Positions 9,529 to 17,943 of a stretch of 64,000 bases of DNA are shown here, piece after piece. This DNA comes from an uncultured Flavihumibacter sp. (GTDB lineage Bacteria > Bacteroidota > Bacteroidia > Chitinophagales > Chitinophagaceae), in contig CBFGLD010000002.1 of the NCBI GenBank assembly GCA_965649495.1, positions 200-64,199 on the forward strand, read 5' to 3'. Every line of letters begins with the position of its first letter. Within the stretch, counting starts at the first letter, position 1. The position numbers and the translations under genes are program-made. The notes under the pieces were generated by a model. The model searched no databases, was not told the origin of the DNA, and saw only the letters and a program-made list of their open reading frames with translations.

Positions 9529-9867
9529 ATGGATCTAAACGGAAAAATCATACAGCTGTTGGGGGTACAGACCGGGCAGGGCAAAAATGGCACCTGGAAA
9601 AAGCAGGAGTTCATCCTGGAAACCGGCGACACCTATCCTAAAAAAGTGTGCATAGCAGTTTGGGGTGATAAGATTGACATGAGCCAGTTCCGTATCGGCG
9701 ACCCGGTGCAGGTGTCTTTTGATGTGGAGAGCCGGGAATACAATGGCCGGTGGTACACCGATGTGAAGGCCTGGAAAGTTGTTGGGCAAGGCGGCAGTGA
9801 AGCAGCGGCGCCACCTGCCTATACCGGTCCCATTGATCCAATGCCGGACGACGATCTACCTTTCTAA
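9529..9867 (+). CDS. DUF3127 family OB-fold protein (SSB-like acidic tail)
   Basis: WKKQEFILET, YPKKVC, ESREYNGRWYT motifs and DDDLPF C-terminus. Confidence 0.88.
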   Translation: MDLNGKIIQLLGVQTGQGKNGTWKKQEFILETGDTYPKKVCIAVWGDKIDMSQFRIGDPVQVSFDVESREYNGRWYTDVKAWKVVGQGGSEAAAPPAYTGPIDPMPDDDLPF

Positions 9868-9899
9868 GGGTGGTGCGGATGGTGAAGGATGATGCGGCC

Positions 9900-9996
9900 C
9901 GGATGTTGACGCGAGTTAATGTCCGCGAGTTAATGTCCGGACGTTTTGCGAACACATGTTCGGACGTCTTTGCGTCGTCTTTACGTCGCGTCGTTA
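9900..9996. repeat. Degenerate REP-like element copy C with tandem duplications
   Basis: GCGAGTTAATGTCC x2 (9911-9938); ACACATGTTCGG core shared with copies A and B; CGTCTTT(G/A)CGT x2. Confidence 0.65.
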
Positions 9997-10326
9997 CACC
10001 TTAACCGTAGTGGTAATATTATCGGGAAGTTCGTTTTCTTTGGCTGCCAGCAGGGCCACCTGCTGGCCCATATGATCCAGCGCTTCAGAAGTGGCCGTTT
10101 CATACTGATCGGTGCGGGCGTGGGTGAATATATTCTCTCCATAAACAGTGGCCCTGATTTCACACACTTTATTTTCAGGAGGAGTGATGAGTTGGTCTTC
10201 TCTCCACACGCATTCCATTTTGGCTATCGCTTTGTATTTTCCGGATAAACGGATCAGTAACCGCTTTGCCTGCTGCACAATGGATTCCTGCAGCCCTTCA
10301 TGAGGGGTGTGAAATTCAATCGTCAT
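9994..10326 (-). CDS. HPF/RaiA-like ribosome-associated protein
   Basis: 110 aa; ENKVCEIRATVYGENIF...YETATSEALD resembles the S30AE fold pattern. Confidence 0.7.
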   Translation of the reverse strand: MTIEFHTPHEGLQESIVQQAKRLLIRLSGKYKAIAKMECVWREDQLITPPENKVCEIRATVYGENIFTHARTDQYETATSEALDHMGQQVALLAAKENELPDNITTTVKV

Positions 10327-10344
10327 AATTTTTTGATTTGTGGT

Positions 10345-10360
10345 GCAAAAAATCAAACCA
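10345..10360 (-). promoter_or_regulatory. Putative sigma-54 -24/-12 promoter of HPF-like gene
   Basis: TGGTTTGATTTTTTGC, first base 34 bp before the ATG. Confidence 0.45.
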
Positions 10361-10421
10361 GCCGTCTCTTTATAAAGTTACTGTCTTTATATTATTCGTA
10401 GCTTTCATAAAACAGTTTGCC

Positions 10422-11129
10422 ATGAAACTTTTTACTGTTGCCCTCTGTTTGTTTGGCCTGATCCTAACAATCCCCGCATTTTCGCAGGGAAACCAGCAAA
10501 TACAAGGCGCCTGGAGCACTGAAAAGGATGGGAAAACGCACTTACTCCTGGTAACCAACCAACATTATTCTTACACGATTTATGACCTGCCGGGTAAGAA
10601 ATTCATTCACACCGAAGGCGGCAGTTGGGAACATGCGGGGCAAATGAACCTGCTCACAGAGTTTAATACGACGGACAAGTCGGCCGTTGGAAAAAAACAC
10701 CAGCATAAGATGAGTGTTCGCAACGGAAATTTAGAGACTGAGTGGCCTGGACTACCAACATCCTGGAAGCGGGTGGACGAAGGAGGCGGGGCACTGAATG
10801 CAACCTGGCGGATCAACGGAAGGGAGCAAAACGGGCAAATGCATGAGATTGCACGCAGCGCAAGAAAGACCATTAAGATCCTTACCGGTACGAGGTTCCA
10901 GTGGGCGGCAATTAATACGGAGACGGGGGAATTTTTTGGAACAGGTGGAGGCACTTATTCGTTCAAGGATGGGCGTTATACAGAGCAGATTGAGTTCTTT
11001 TCGCGAGACAGCAGCAGGGTAGGCATGCAACTCAGCTTTGAGGGTGAGGTCAAAGGCGATGTTTGGCACCATAAAGGGAAAAGCTCCAAAGGCGATCCTA
11101 TTTATGAAACCTGGAAAAAAGAAGACTGA
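10422..11129 (+). CDS. Secreted protein with two lipocalin-like (GxW) repeats
   Basis: Signal peptide MKLFTVALCLFGLILTIPAFS; IQGAW...GGSW and LNATW...GGGTY repeats. Confidence 0.75.
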   Translation: MKLFTVALCLFGLILTIPAFSQGNQQIQGAWSTEKDGKTHLLLVTNQHYSYTIYDLPGKKFIHTEGGSWEHAGQMNLLTEFNTTDKSAVGKKHQHKMSVRNGNLETEWPGLPTSWKRVDEGGGALNATWRINGREQNGQMHEIARSARKTIKILTGTRFQWAAINTETGEFFGTGGGTYSFKDGRYTEQIEFFSRDSSRVGMQLSFEGEVKGDVWHHKGKSSKGDPIYETWKKED

Positions 11130-11130
11130 T

Positions 11131-11165
11131 AAAAAAATACAGCCCGGTGAATCACCGGGCTGTTT
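11131..11165. terminator. Bidirectional intrinsic terminator
   Basis: ACAGCCCGGTGA-A-TCACCGGGCTGT with A-tract on the left, between convergent genes. Confidence 0.8.
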
Positions 11166-11223
11166 ACGCGGATGCGTAACCAAACAACCAAACCATATTA
11201 ACCGACCGTACTAAAACCTCTTT

Positions 11224-11781
11224 TCATTCTTCCTTAGGGGCTCCTGTGGAAGAAAAAATATTTTCTATTGAATGAGCCAAACCACTTGCGGGTCCGGTCA
11301 TTTTATTCGTTTTATCATCCAGGGTATTATCGTTCATTAATTCTCCCAGCTGTAAATCCGGGGGCAACTTATTCAAAATTGCTTCTCTCTGGGAGCCGAA
11401 GAAAACCTGTAGTTTTTCGGCATCGCCTGCCGGTTGCAATTGCTGCTGGTAGTAGCGGGAAGTTTCCGAAGTCAGTTCGTAAATGAGGTCTGATGCGGTG
11501 CTGGTATCCACCCCTGCATATTCCGCTATCCGGGCTGCCAACAATTCTTCTTTATTATTCATCAACCGGGCAAGAGAAACGGAAGTATCGGTGGCCAGAT
11601 AGTCGGCCCCTTCTGCTGACCGGCTGAATTTATAAAATACGGCCAGCACTGCGGGTACGGCTGCCTGAGCCAGTCGTTCATGCCGCTGTTGAAACGCTTT
11701 ATCCACTTTCTCTGTAGTGGGGTCAATGCGGGATAATTTAGTTCCCAGGTATTCTTGCAGGTGTTGTATGATATCAGGCAT
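11224..11781 (-). CDS. Hypothetical helical protein (DUF937-like region)
   Basis: 185-aa ORF co-oriented with upstream gene; C-terminal TLDDKTNKMTGP; family assignment tentative. Confidence 0.7.
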   Translation of the reverse strand: MPDIIQHLQEYLGTKLSRIDPTTEKVDKAFQQRHERLAQAAVPAVLAVFYKFSRSAEGADYLATDTSVSLARLMNNKEELLAARIAEYAGVDTSTASDLIYELTSETSRYYQQQLQPAGDAEKLQVFFGSQREAILNKLPPDLQLGELMNDNTLDDKTNKMTGPASGLAHSIENIFSSTGAPKEE

Positions 11782-11792
11782 CTTATCAAAAT

Positions 11793-12284
11793 TTAGTGTG
11801 AAAGAACGGAAGCAGGGTAAACTTTCTCGGTAATATTCCTGCCGGATACCCATTCATTCAGTTCATCCATCAGGCGCTGCAGGAAATTCCTTTTTGCACT
11901 TCTTCCGGCTTCTGTTACCGTAGCATGCTGGATCCTGAATCGCATGATCAGCCCGTGGTACCTTAAGGCCTGTGCCATGCCATAAGAGATCTTGGAACAG
12001 GATGCCCAATCTTCGGGATCGGTAAGGATTACTCCTTTCCCATTCGCTTCCACATAACAGTCGCGGCCTTTTTCGTATAACCTTATACGGGCCGGAAATT
12101 CTGTTTCATAGTTGGCGGCCTGTTCTGTATTAACATGGAACAGAAACCAGCAGCAGCCTGTTTCATCCACTTCCAGCAGCCTGGCTATGCCGTTCGGAAG
12201 TTTCCACTCTGAGTTGCTGAGGTTATAGAATAATCCCTGGTTGAAACTATTCATCAGGTGCTGCAAAGTAGTATAACTGGTCAT
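11793..12284 (-). CDS. Pyridoxamine-5'-phosphate-oxidase-like split-barrel protein (general stress protein 26-like)
   Basis: LEVDETGCCWF and YVEANGKG.I patterns; weak similarity by recall. Confidence 0.55.
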   Translation of the reverse strand: MTSYTTLQHLMNSFNQGLFYNLSNSEWKLPNGIARLLEVDETGCCWFLFHVNTEQAANYETEFPARIRLYEKGRDCYVEANGKGVILTDPEDWASCSKISYGMAQALRYHGLIMRFRIQHATVTEAGRSAKRNFLQRLMDELNEWVSGRNITEKVYPASVLSH

Positions 12285-12310
12285 TGTGATAGATTTTACA
12301 AAAGGACCCA

Positions 12311-12326
12311 TAAAAAAAGAATACCA
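12311..12326 (-). promoter_or_regulatory. Putative sigma-54 promoter
   Basis: TGGTATTCTTTTTTTA, 42 bp before ATG 12284. Confidence 0.5.
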
Positions 12327-12418
12327 TACTGTAACAAGCAGGCGGGTATTGAATTATCGGGGAAATTGCGCCTCATCAGCACCCCAAATCAGGCAGGCAG
12401 GAAAGCATGTTTATGCAG

Positions 12419-12434
12419 TGGAACAGCTTTTTAG
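12419..12434 (+). promoter_or_regulatory. Putative sigma-54 promoter
   Basis: TGGAACAGCTTTTTAG, 52 bp before ATG 12471. Confidence 0.55.
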
Positions 12435-12470
12435 CTATGACAATATTCATTAACGATTAAATCAATTATT

Positions 12471-12941
12471 ATGGCAAACACAACAGAAGTATTAAACGAC
12501 CTGATCCTGATCAATAATGACAGGATTGAAGGATATGAAAAAGCAATTTCTGAAACTGAGGGTATGGATGTAGATCTTAAGGCCATTTTCAATAAAATGA
12601 TTGCACAGAGTCGCGATTATGTAAGCGAGCTTTCTGCGACCGTATCACGCCTGGGTGAAACACCGGAAACCGGCACTACCGTTTCCGGAAAGATTTACCG
12701 TACCTGGATGGACATTAAATCGACTTTTGCCAGCAAGGAGCGTCAAAACGTTCTGGAGCTGTGCGAATTCGGGGAAGATGCCGCTCAGAAAGCATACGAT
12801 GAAGCCCTGGCTTCTGATGCCGAATTGCCAGCAGATATCCGCCAAATCATTACGGACCAGAAGCATGACCTGTTAACTTCCCATGACCTGATCAAGAAGT
12901 ATCGCGACATGCACAAAACGGTAAATGACCTCAAAAACTAA
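12471..12941 (+). CDS. PA2169 family four-helix-bundle (ferritin-like, DUF2383) protein
   Basis: LNDLILINNDRIEGYEKA, GKIYRTWMDIK, CEFGEDAAQKAY motifs. Confidence 0.9.
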   Translation: MANTTEVLNDLILINNDRIEGYEKAISETEGMDVDLKAIFNKMIAQSRDYVSELSATVSRLGETPETGTTVSGKIYRTWMDIKSTFASKERQNVLELCEFGEDAAQKAYDEALASDAELPADIRQIITDQKHDLLTSHDLIKKYRDMHKTVNDLKN

Positions 12942-12945
12942 GCAC

Positions 12946-13293
12946 ATGAAAACAGACGCGCAATCTGTTCCTATGCGTAGCCTGAGTTATTGTATGGAGA
13001 AGGCTATTGCTGACGGTTACAGCGCCAACTTCATGGTAGCGGATGGACTACTCAAACATGCGGACAGCGGGCAGACTTATGAGCCCGAACAGGTTCATAT
13101 CGTTGATTTTTATCGCTTTGAAGGAGAAAGTGACCCAGACAGTAATTCCATCCTTTATGTCATTGAAACGAATGATGGAAGAAAAGGGACCCTTTCAGAT
13201 GCCTACGGCGCCTATGCAAATGAAGAGACCGGAGCGTTTTTCACGAAAGTGGAAGACATACAGAAGAAGAGCGCAAGCGGGGATCCTTCCTGA
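12946..13293 (+). CDS. Conserved Bacteroidota hypothetical protein
   Basis: YRFEGESDPDSNSILYVIETNDGRKGTLSDAYG motif; starts 4 bp after the PA2169-family stop. Confidence 0.8.
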   Translation: MKTDAQSVPMRSLSYCMEKAIADGYSANFMVADGLLKHADSGQTYEPEQVHIVDFYRFEGESDPDSNSILYVIETNDGRKGTLSDAYGAYANEETGAFFTKVEDIQKKSASGDPS

Positions 13294-13313
13294 ATCCGGA
13301 ATAATGATCACTA

Positions 13314-13352
13314 AAAGCCCGGGCTTCCTTTGATAAGCCCGGGCTTTCTTTT
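13314..13352. terminator. Bidirectional intrinsic terminator
   Basis: AAAGCCCGGGCTT...AAGCCCGGGCTTT. Confidence 0.75.
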
Positions 13353-13394
13353 TGGTGCCGGTAACCGGTCAGGGGTACATTAGCGGGGCAGAGG

Positions 13395-13916
13395 TTACTG
13401 CGAACAGCCCTGGGAGGTAATTTGAACCCTGGAGGTGTCTATGCTGAATTTATCCGCCAGCCCTTTCAGGAATTCCTGGTAAGCAGCTTCGGTCACTACG
13501 GGTTCCCTGCTCAGGATCTGTAATGATCGACGGGAAGGATGGGCGGTCATTACCCACTGATAGGCCGGATCTACTTCAAGGAACCAGTATCGGGTTCCTA
13601 ACATCCCCTTCCTGAACTTCCACTTGCTGTTATTAGATCCTCTCTGTACCCGTCCGATATATTCCCGCTCTTCCTTTTCTCCATCATCTCCGGCAATGCA
13701 GGAGCTGGTCATACCCAAATTTCCGTTTTCCAGTAACCGGAAACTGGTTACGGTACAATTACAATCCTTGTAACCCGGGCGGGGAATACTGGCTATTTCA
13801 AACCACTTACCATTAAGTCTGTCAAGGTTTACACTATCGGCGGTTGGAAGTTTCCGCTGGCTGCTGGCGGACAGGGATATCGCAACCAATCCCAATCCAG
13901 CTATTATTGATTTCAT
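13395..13916 (-). CDS. Lipocalin family protein (Blc-like)
   Basis: Signal peptide; LDRLNGKWFEIA, YWFLEVDPAYQW, LQILSREP motifs. Confidence 0.85.
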   Translation of the reverse strand: MKSIIAGLGLVAISLSASSQRKLPTADSVNLDRLNGKWFEIASIPRPGYKDCNCTVTSFRLLENGNLGMTSSCIAGDDGEKEEREYIGRVQRGSNNSKWKFRKGMLGTRYWFLEVDPAYQWVMTAHPSRRSLQILSREPVVTEAAYQEFLKGLADKFSIDTSRVQITSQGCSQ

Positions 13917-13934
13917 ATGCCTTGGTTTGTTCAT

Positions 13935-13961
13935 AAAAAAAGGCCATCGATAATGGCCTTT
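13935..13961 (-). terminator. Intrinsic terminator after lmo0937-family gene
   Basis: AAAGGCCAT-CGATA-ATGGCCTTT with T-tract on the minus strand. Confidence 0.65.
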
Positions 13962-13986
13962 GGTTGTTGTATAAGAAGCCGGTTCG

Positions 13987-14136
13987 CTAAACTCCCCGGC
14001 GGATAAGCGTCAGTAAGATAGACACTACAGCCAGTACCAGCAGGATGTGAATCAGTCCTGATGCACTGTAAACAAATATTCCCAGTAACCAGCCAATAAT
14101 AAGGATGACGGCAATAACATATAATATGCTGTTCAT
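13987..14136 (-). CDS. lmo0937 family (DUF5670) small membrane protein
   Basis: MNSILYVIAVILIIGWLLG...GLIHILLVLA signature. Confidence 0.88.
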   Translation of the reverse strand: MNSILYVIAVILIIGWLLGIFVYSASGLIHILLVLAVVSILLTLIRRGV

Positions 14137-14176
14137 AACAATGGTTTTTAAGTTAAGAGATCGTTTTCCCATTACT

Positions 14177-14192
14177 GAAAAAAACAATGCCG
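14177..14192 (-). promoter_or_regulatory. Putative sigma-54 promoter
   Basis: CGGCATTGTTTTTTTC, 56 bp before ATG 14136. Confidence 0.5.
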
Positions 14193-14291
14193 ACTAACCG
14201 TTTTCGGGCAAAACCTGTCGAAACCCGTTGCCAGCGAGGCGATACTTACCCATTTCGGGAAAAGCTACAACGAACCAGGGGTTACAGATTG

Positions 14292-14307
14292 CGGCACAAT
14301 TTCTTCT
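14292..14307 (+). promoter_or_regulatory. Putative sigma-54 promoter of yihY operon
   Basis: CGGCACAATTTCTTCT, 29 bp before ATG 14321. Confidence 0.45.
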
Positions 14308-14320
14308 ATGAAGAAAAGTG

Positions 14321-15229
14321 ATGAGAAGGGTCCGCAATTTTTTCAAGTTGCTGGTTGCATCCGGCAAATCTTTTATAGACGATAATGTGCTGAAATTAAG
14401 CGCATCGCTATCCTATTACACCGTTTTTGCATTGGGACCCATATTGTTATTGATCATATCATTTGCAGGAATTTTTTACGGCAGGGATGCCATACAGGGA
14501 AAAATGTTCAGCCAGATAAAAGGCCTGGTAGGAAATTCCGCAGCATACCAGATCCAGATGATCATCAGTAATATCGAACGCAGCAATAGCAGCGTTTTGG
14601 GAGCGGTGGTAGGTTTTATCATCCTGATACTTGGCGCAACCGGGGTCTTCACTGAAATACAGGGCTCCATCAATTATATCTGGTCTATCCGTGCCAAACC
14701 AAAGAAGGGATGGCTCAGGATCATCATGAACCGCCTGATATCCTTTTCGCTGGTAGTAGCCACCAGTTTCATACTGCTGGTAGCGCTGGTGGTCAATGCC
14801 ATGCTGGAGCTGTTTAACGACCAGCTGGTGCGGTTGTTTCCCGGTACGGCTGTCGTTACCTTTTATATATTCAACATCATCACCATTTTTCTTGTCATTA
14901 CGACATTGTTCGCAATCATTTTCCGGGTCTTGCCCGATGCCACCATCGCCTGGAAAGATGCCTTCCTGGGTGCTGCATTCACCTCCCTGCTGTTTTTGCT
15001 CGGCAAGATGTTGATTGGGGTATACCTGGGAAATTCCAATTTCGGATTGACCTATGGAACTGCAGCATCCATAATGGTAATACTGGTTTGGGTGTACTAC
15101 AGTTCCATGATCTTATATTTCGGGGCAACCTTCACGAAGATCTATGCACTGAATCATGGTGCCGGCATCAAGCCGGATGAAACGGCTGTATTTATCATTA
15201 AAAGTGAAACCAAAGAATTAAACTCCTAA
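14321..15229 (+). CDS. YihY/virulence factor BrkB family inner membrane protein
   Basis: SASLSYYTVFAL, GATGVF, YGTAAS, LVWVYYSS motifs. Confidence 0.9.
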   Translation: MRRVRNFFKLLVASGKSFIDDNVLKLSASLSYYTVFALGPILLLIISFAGIFYGRDAIQGKMFSQIKGLVGNSAAYQIQMIISNIERSNSSVLGAVVGFIILILGATGVFTEIQGSINYIWSIRAKPKKGWLRIIMNRLISFSLVVATSFILLVALVVNAMLELFNDQLVRLFPGTAVVTFYIFNIITIFLVITTLFAIIFRVLPDATIAWKDAFLGAAFTSLLFLLGKMLIGVYLGNSNFGLTYGTAASIMVILVWVYYSSMILYFGATFTKIYALNHGAGIKPDETAVFIIKSETKELNS

Positions 15230-15232
15230 CCA

Positions 15233-16435
15233 ATGGATTTAAGATCGCACCAGGCTTACTGGTTGATGAAGAATGGCCTGGTAAGCAGTTATCCTTCGCT
15301 GAAAACGAATGAAAAGACCGAGGTGGCAGTTATGGGGGCGGGGATCACCGGAGCGTTGGTAGCCTGGCACCTGTGCAATGCAGGCTTCCAGGTAACGGTG
15401 GTGGATAAACGCCATGTCGGAATGGGCAGCACCGCAGCCAGCACTGCTTTATTACAATACGAAATCGATACCCCCTTGTATGAGCTTGCGGAAAAAGTTG
15501 GCGAGACCAATGCAGCGAAGAGTTACCAGTATTGTGCGGCCTCCATCACTGAACTGGAGGAAATTTGTGACCGTTTTGATGGGAAGGCTGGTTTCCGGAA
15601 AAGGCCAAGCCTCCAATATGCGTCCTTTCGAAAAGATGTATCCCAGCTGGAGAAAGAGTATAAGCTCCGGAAAAAATATGGCTTCCGGTTACAGTTCTGG
15701 GATGAACATACCGTAAAGAGCACCATGGGTTTTACCGCGCCTGCCGCTCTTTTCAGCAGTTTAGGGGCTGAAATGGATGCTTACCGGTTAGCGCATCACC
15801 TGTTACTGGATTGCCAAAAAAAGGGAGCCCGGATATATGATAATACGGCCGTACTGGCCATGAATCACAACAAAAGAAATATTACCCTTTCCACTGAAAC
15901 CGGAAATACCCTGACCTGCAAGAACCTGGTCATTGCCTGCGGATATGAATCCCAGCAATACATTCCCCGGAAGGTTGAAACGCTACACTCCACCTATGCC
16001 CTGGTGAGTGAACCATTGCCGGGCGAAATGTTCTGGCACCGTAACTGCCTGATCTGGGAAACGGCATCCCCTTATCTGTACATGCGCACGACCACGGACA
16101 ACCGAATTCTTGTGGGTGGACTGGACGATGATTTTTATTCCCCTGAAAAGCGTGACCGGAATATTGCCGCTAAAACAAGAAGGCTGGTACAGTCCTTCAA
16201 AAAAAAGTTTCCTGCTGTCAACCTGATTCCGGACTTCCAGTGGGCGGGCACATTTGCCTCTACGAAGGACGGATTACCCTATATCGGTTCTATTCCACAA
16301 TTACCGAACACCTGGTTTGCCCTGGGTTTCGGGGGAAACGGAATTACTTTCAGCCAGATAGCGGCCAGGATGATCACGGCAGCACTCCGTGGAAGACCCG
16401 ATCCTGACCAGGAAATATTTTCATTCAACCGATAA
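15233..16435 (+). CDS. FAD-dependent oxidoreductase (DAO/glycine oxidase family)
   Basis: GAGITG, GSTAASTALLQYEID, DGLPYIG, GFGGNGITFS motifs. Confidence 0.88.
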   Translation: MDLRSHQAYWLMKNGLVSSYPSLKTNEKTEVAVMGAGITGALVAWHLCNAGFQVTVVDKRHVGMGSTAASTALLQYEIDTPLYELAEKVGETNAAKSYQYCAASITELEEICDRFDGKAGFRKRPSLQYASFRKDVSQLEKEYKLRKKYGFRLQFWDEHTVKSTMGFTAPAALFSSLGAEMDAYRLAHHLLLDCQKKGARIYDNTAVLAMNHNKRNITLSTETGNTLTCKNLVIACGYESQQYIPRKVETLHSTYALVSEPLPGEMFWHRNCLIWETASPYLYMRTTTDNRILVGGLDDDFYSPEKRDRNIAAKTRRLVQSFKKKFPAVNLIPDFQWAGTFASTKDGLPYIGSIPQLPNTWFALGFGGNGITFSQIAARMITAALRGRPDPDQEIFSFNR

Positions 16436-16463
16436 ACATTATTAAGCAGATAAATTAACACCC

Positions 16464-17942
16464 ATGCAACCCCTTACATTATTACAATTTTTTCACTGGT
16501 ATTATCCCCAGGATGGATCGCTATGGAAGCATCTTGCAGAACAGTCTGCTGATTTGAAAAAGAAAGGCATCACCGGGGTTTGGATCCCCCCATCCTATAA
16601 GGGAGCGGCGGGTGGTTACTCGGTCGGTTACGATGCTTACGATCTTTTTGACCTGGGTGAATTTGACCAGAAAGGATCGGTCCGGACAAAGTATGGCACC
16701 AAAGAAGAGTTGTTAAAGAGTATTGAGGCCTGTCACAAAAACGGGCTGTCGGTGATTGCCGATGTGGTCTTTAACCATAAAGCTGGCGCAGATGAAACAG
16801 AGAAGCTGACGGTAAAAAAAGTAAATCCTGCCAATCGGACCGAATTCATCAGTGATGCGTTTGAAATTGAAGCCTGGACCCGTTTTACCTTCCCGGCGAG
16901 GCAGGGAAAATACTCATCTTTCATTTGGGACCACCGGTGTTTTACCGGGATCGACTGGGCGCATGATATTAATGAGGACGGGGTCTTTACCATCCAGAAC
17001 GAATACGGCGAGGGTTGGGAAGAACTGACAGAAGAAGAGCTCGGCAACTATGACTACCTGATGAGTGCCGATATAGAATTCCGCAATCCTGCTGTGAGGG
17101 AGGAATTAAAATACTGGGGGCGTTGGTTTCTTGAAACCACCCATGCTGATGGATTTCGGCTGGATGCCGTAAAACATATGTCGCCCCGCATCATCAACGA
17201 ATGGGTGCATCATGTTCAGGAAGTTAGTGAGAAGCCCTTATTGATCATTGGGGAATATTGGAATGTTCATGATGTGGAAGCACTGAAGCGATACATTGAT
17301 GCTACAGAAGGCAAAGTGCAACTCTTTGATGCACCGCTGCACCACAATTTTTTTGTGGCTTCCACTATGGGGAACAAGTTCGACCTCCGGCATATTTTCG
17401 ACCGCACGCTGGTGGAAGCCATCCCCACGCATGCCATCACCATCGTTGACAATCACGATACACAGCCCTTACAAGACCTGGAATCTCCGGTGGAAGCCTG
17501 GTTCAAACCCATAGCTTACGCGCTTATCCTGCTGCGTAAGGACGGTATTCCCTGCCTCTTTTACCCCGCAATGTATGGAGCTCATTATGTTGACAAGGGC
17601 AGTGATGGGAACGATTACGAGATCTGGCTTTCCCGGGTGGATGAGTTGGACCAGATGCTTCCGCTCCGTGAAAAGATTGCGAGCGGAGACCAGCAGGATT
17701 ATTTTGACCATCCCAATTGCATAGGCTGGACAAGATCAGGGGTACCGGAAGTGGAGGGCAGCGGACTTGCTGTCATCCTTTCAAATGGTACGGATGGGTT
17801 CAAATACATGGAACTTGGAGAAAGGCATGCCGGCAGAAAAATGAAAGATGCGCTGGGCAAGTGGCCGGGAGAAGTGACGCTGAATGAAAAAGGCGGAGCT
17901 GAATTTCATTGCCCCGCCGGATCCGTTTCGGTATGGGTTTGA
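16464..17942 (+). CDS. amyA: Cytoplasmic alpha-amylase (GH13, AmyA/liquefying type)
   Basis: LQFFHWY, GYDAYDLFDLGEFDQKGSVRTKYG, DGFRLDAVKH, EYW, VDNHDTQP; no signal peptide. Confidence 0.9.
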   Translation: MQPLTLLQFFHWYYPQDGSLWKHLAEQSADLKKKGITGVWIPPSYKGAAGGYSVGYDAYDLFDLGEFDQKGSVRTKYGTKEELLKSIEACHKNGLSVIADVVFNHKAGADETEKLTVKKVNPANRTEFISDAFEIEAWTRFTFPARQGKYSSFIWDHRCFTGIDWAHDINEDGVFTIQNEYGEGWEELTEEELGNYDYLMSADIEFRNPAVREELKYWGRWFLETTHADGFRLDAVKHMSPRIINEWVHHVQEVSEKPLLIIGEYWNVHDVEALKRYIDATEGKVQLFDAPLHHNFFVASTMGNKFDLRHIFDRTLVEAIPTHAITIVDNHDTQPLQDLESPVEAWFKPIAYALILLRKDGIPCLFYPAMYGAHYVDKGSDGNDYEIWLSRVDELDQMLPLREKIASGDQQDYFDHPNCIGWTRSGVPEVEGSGLAVILSNGTDGFKYMELGERHAGRKMKDALGKWPGEVTLNEKGGAEFHCPAGSVSVWV

Positions 17943-17943
17943 A

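Noticed and set aside
12946-13293. Phosphoribosylpyrophosphate synthetase label sometimes given to this family
   Set aside because: Only 115 aa and lacks PRPP synthetase motifs
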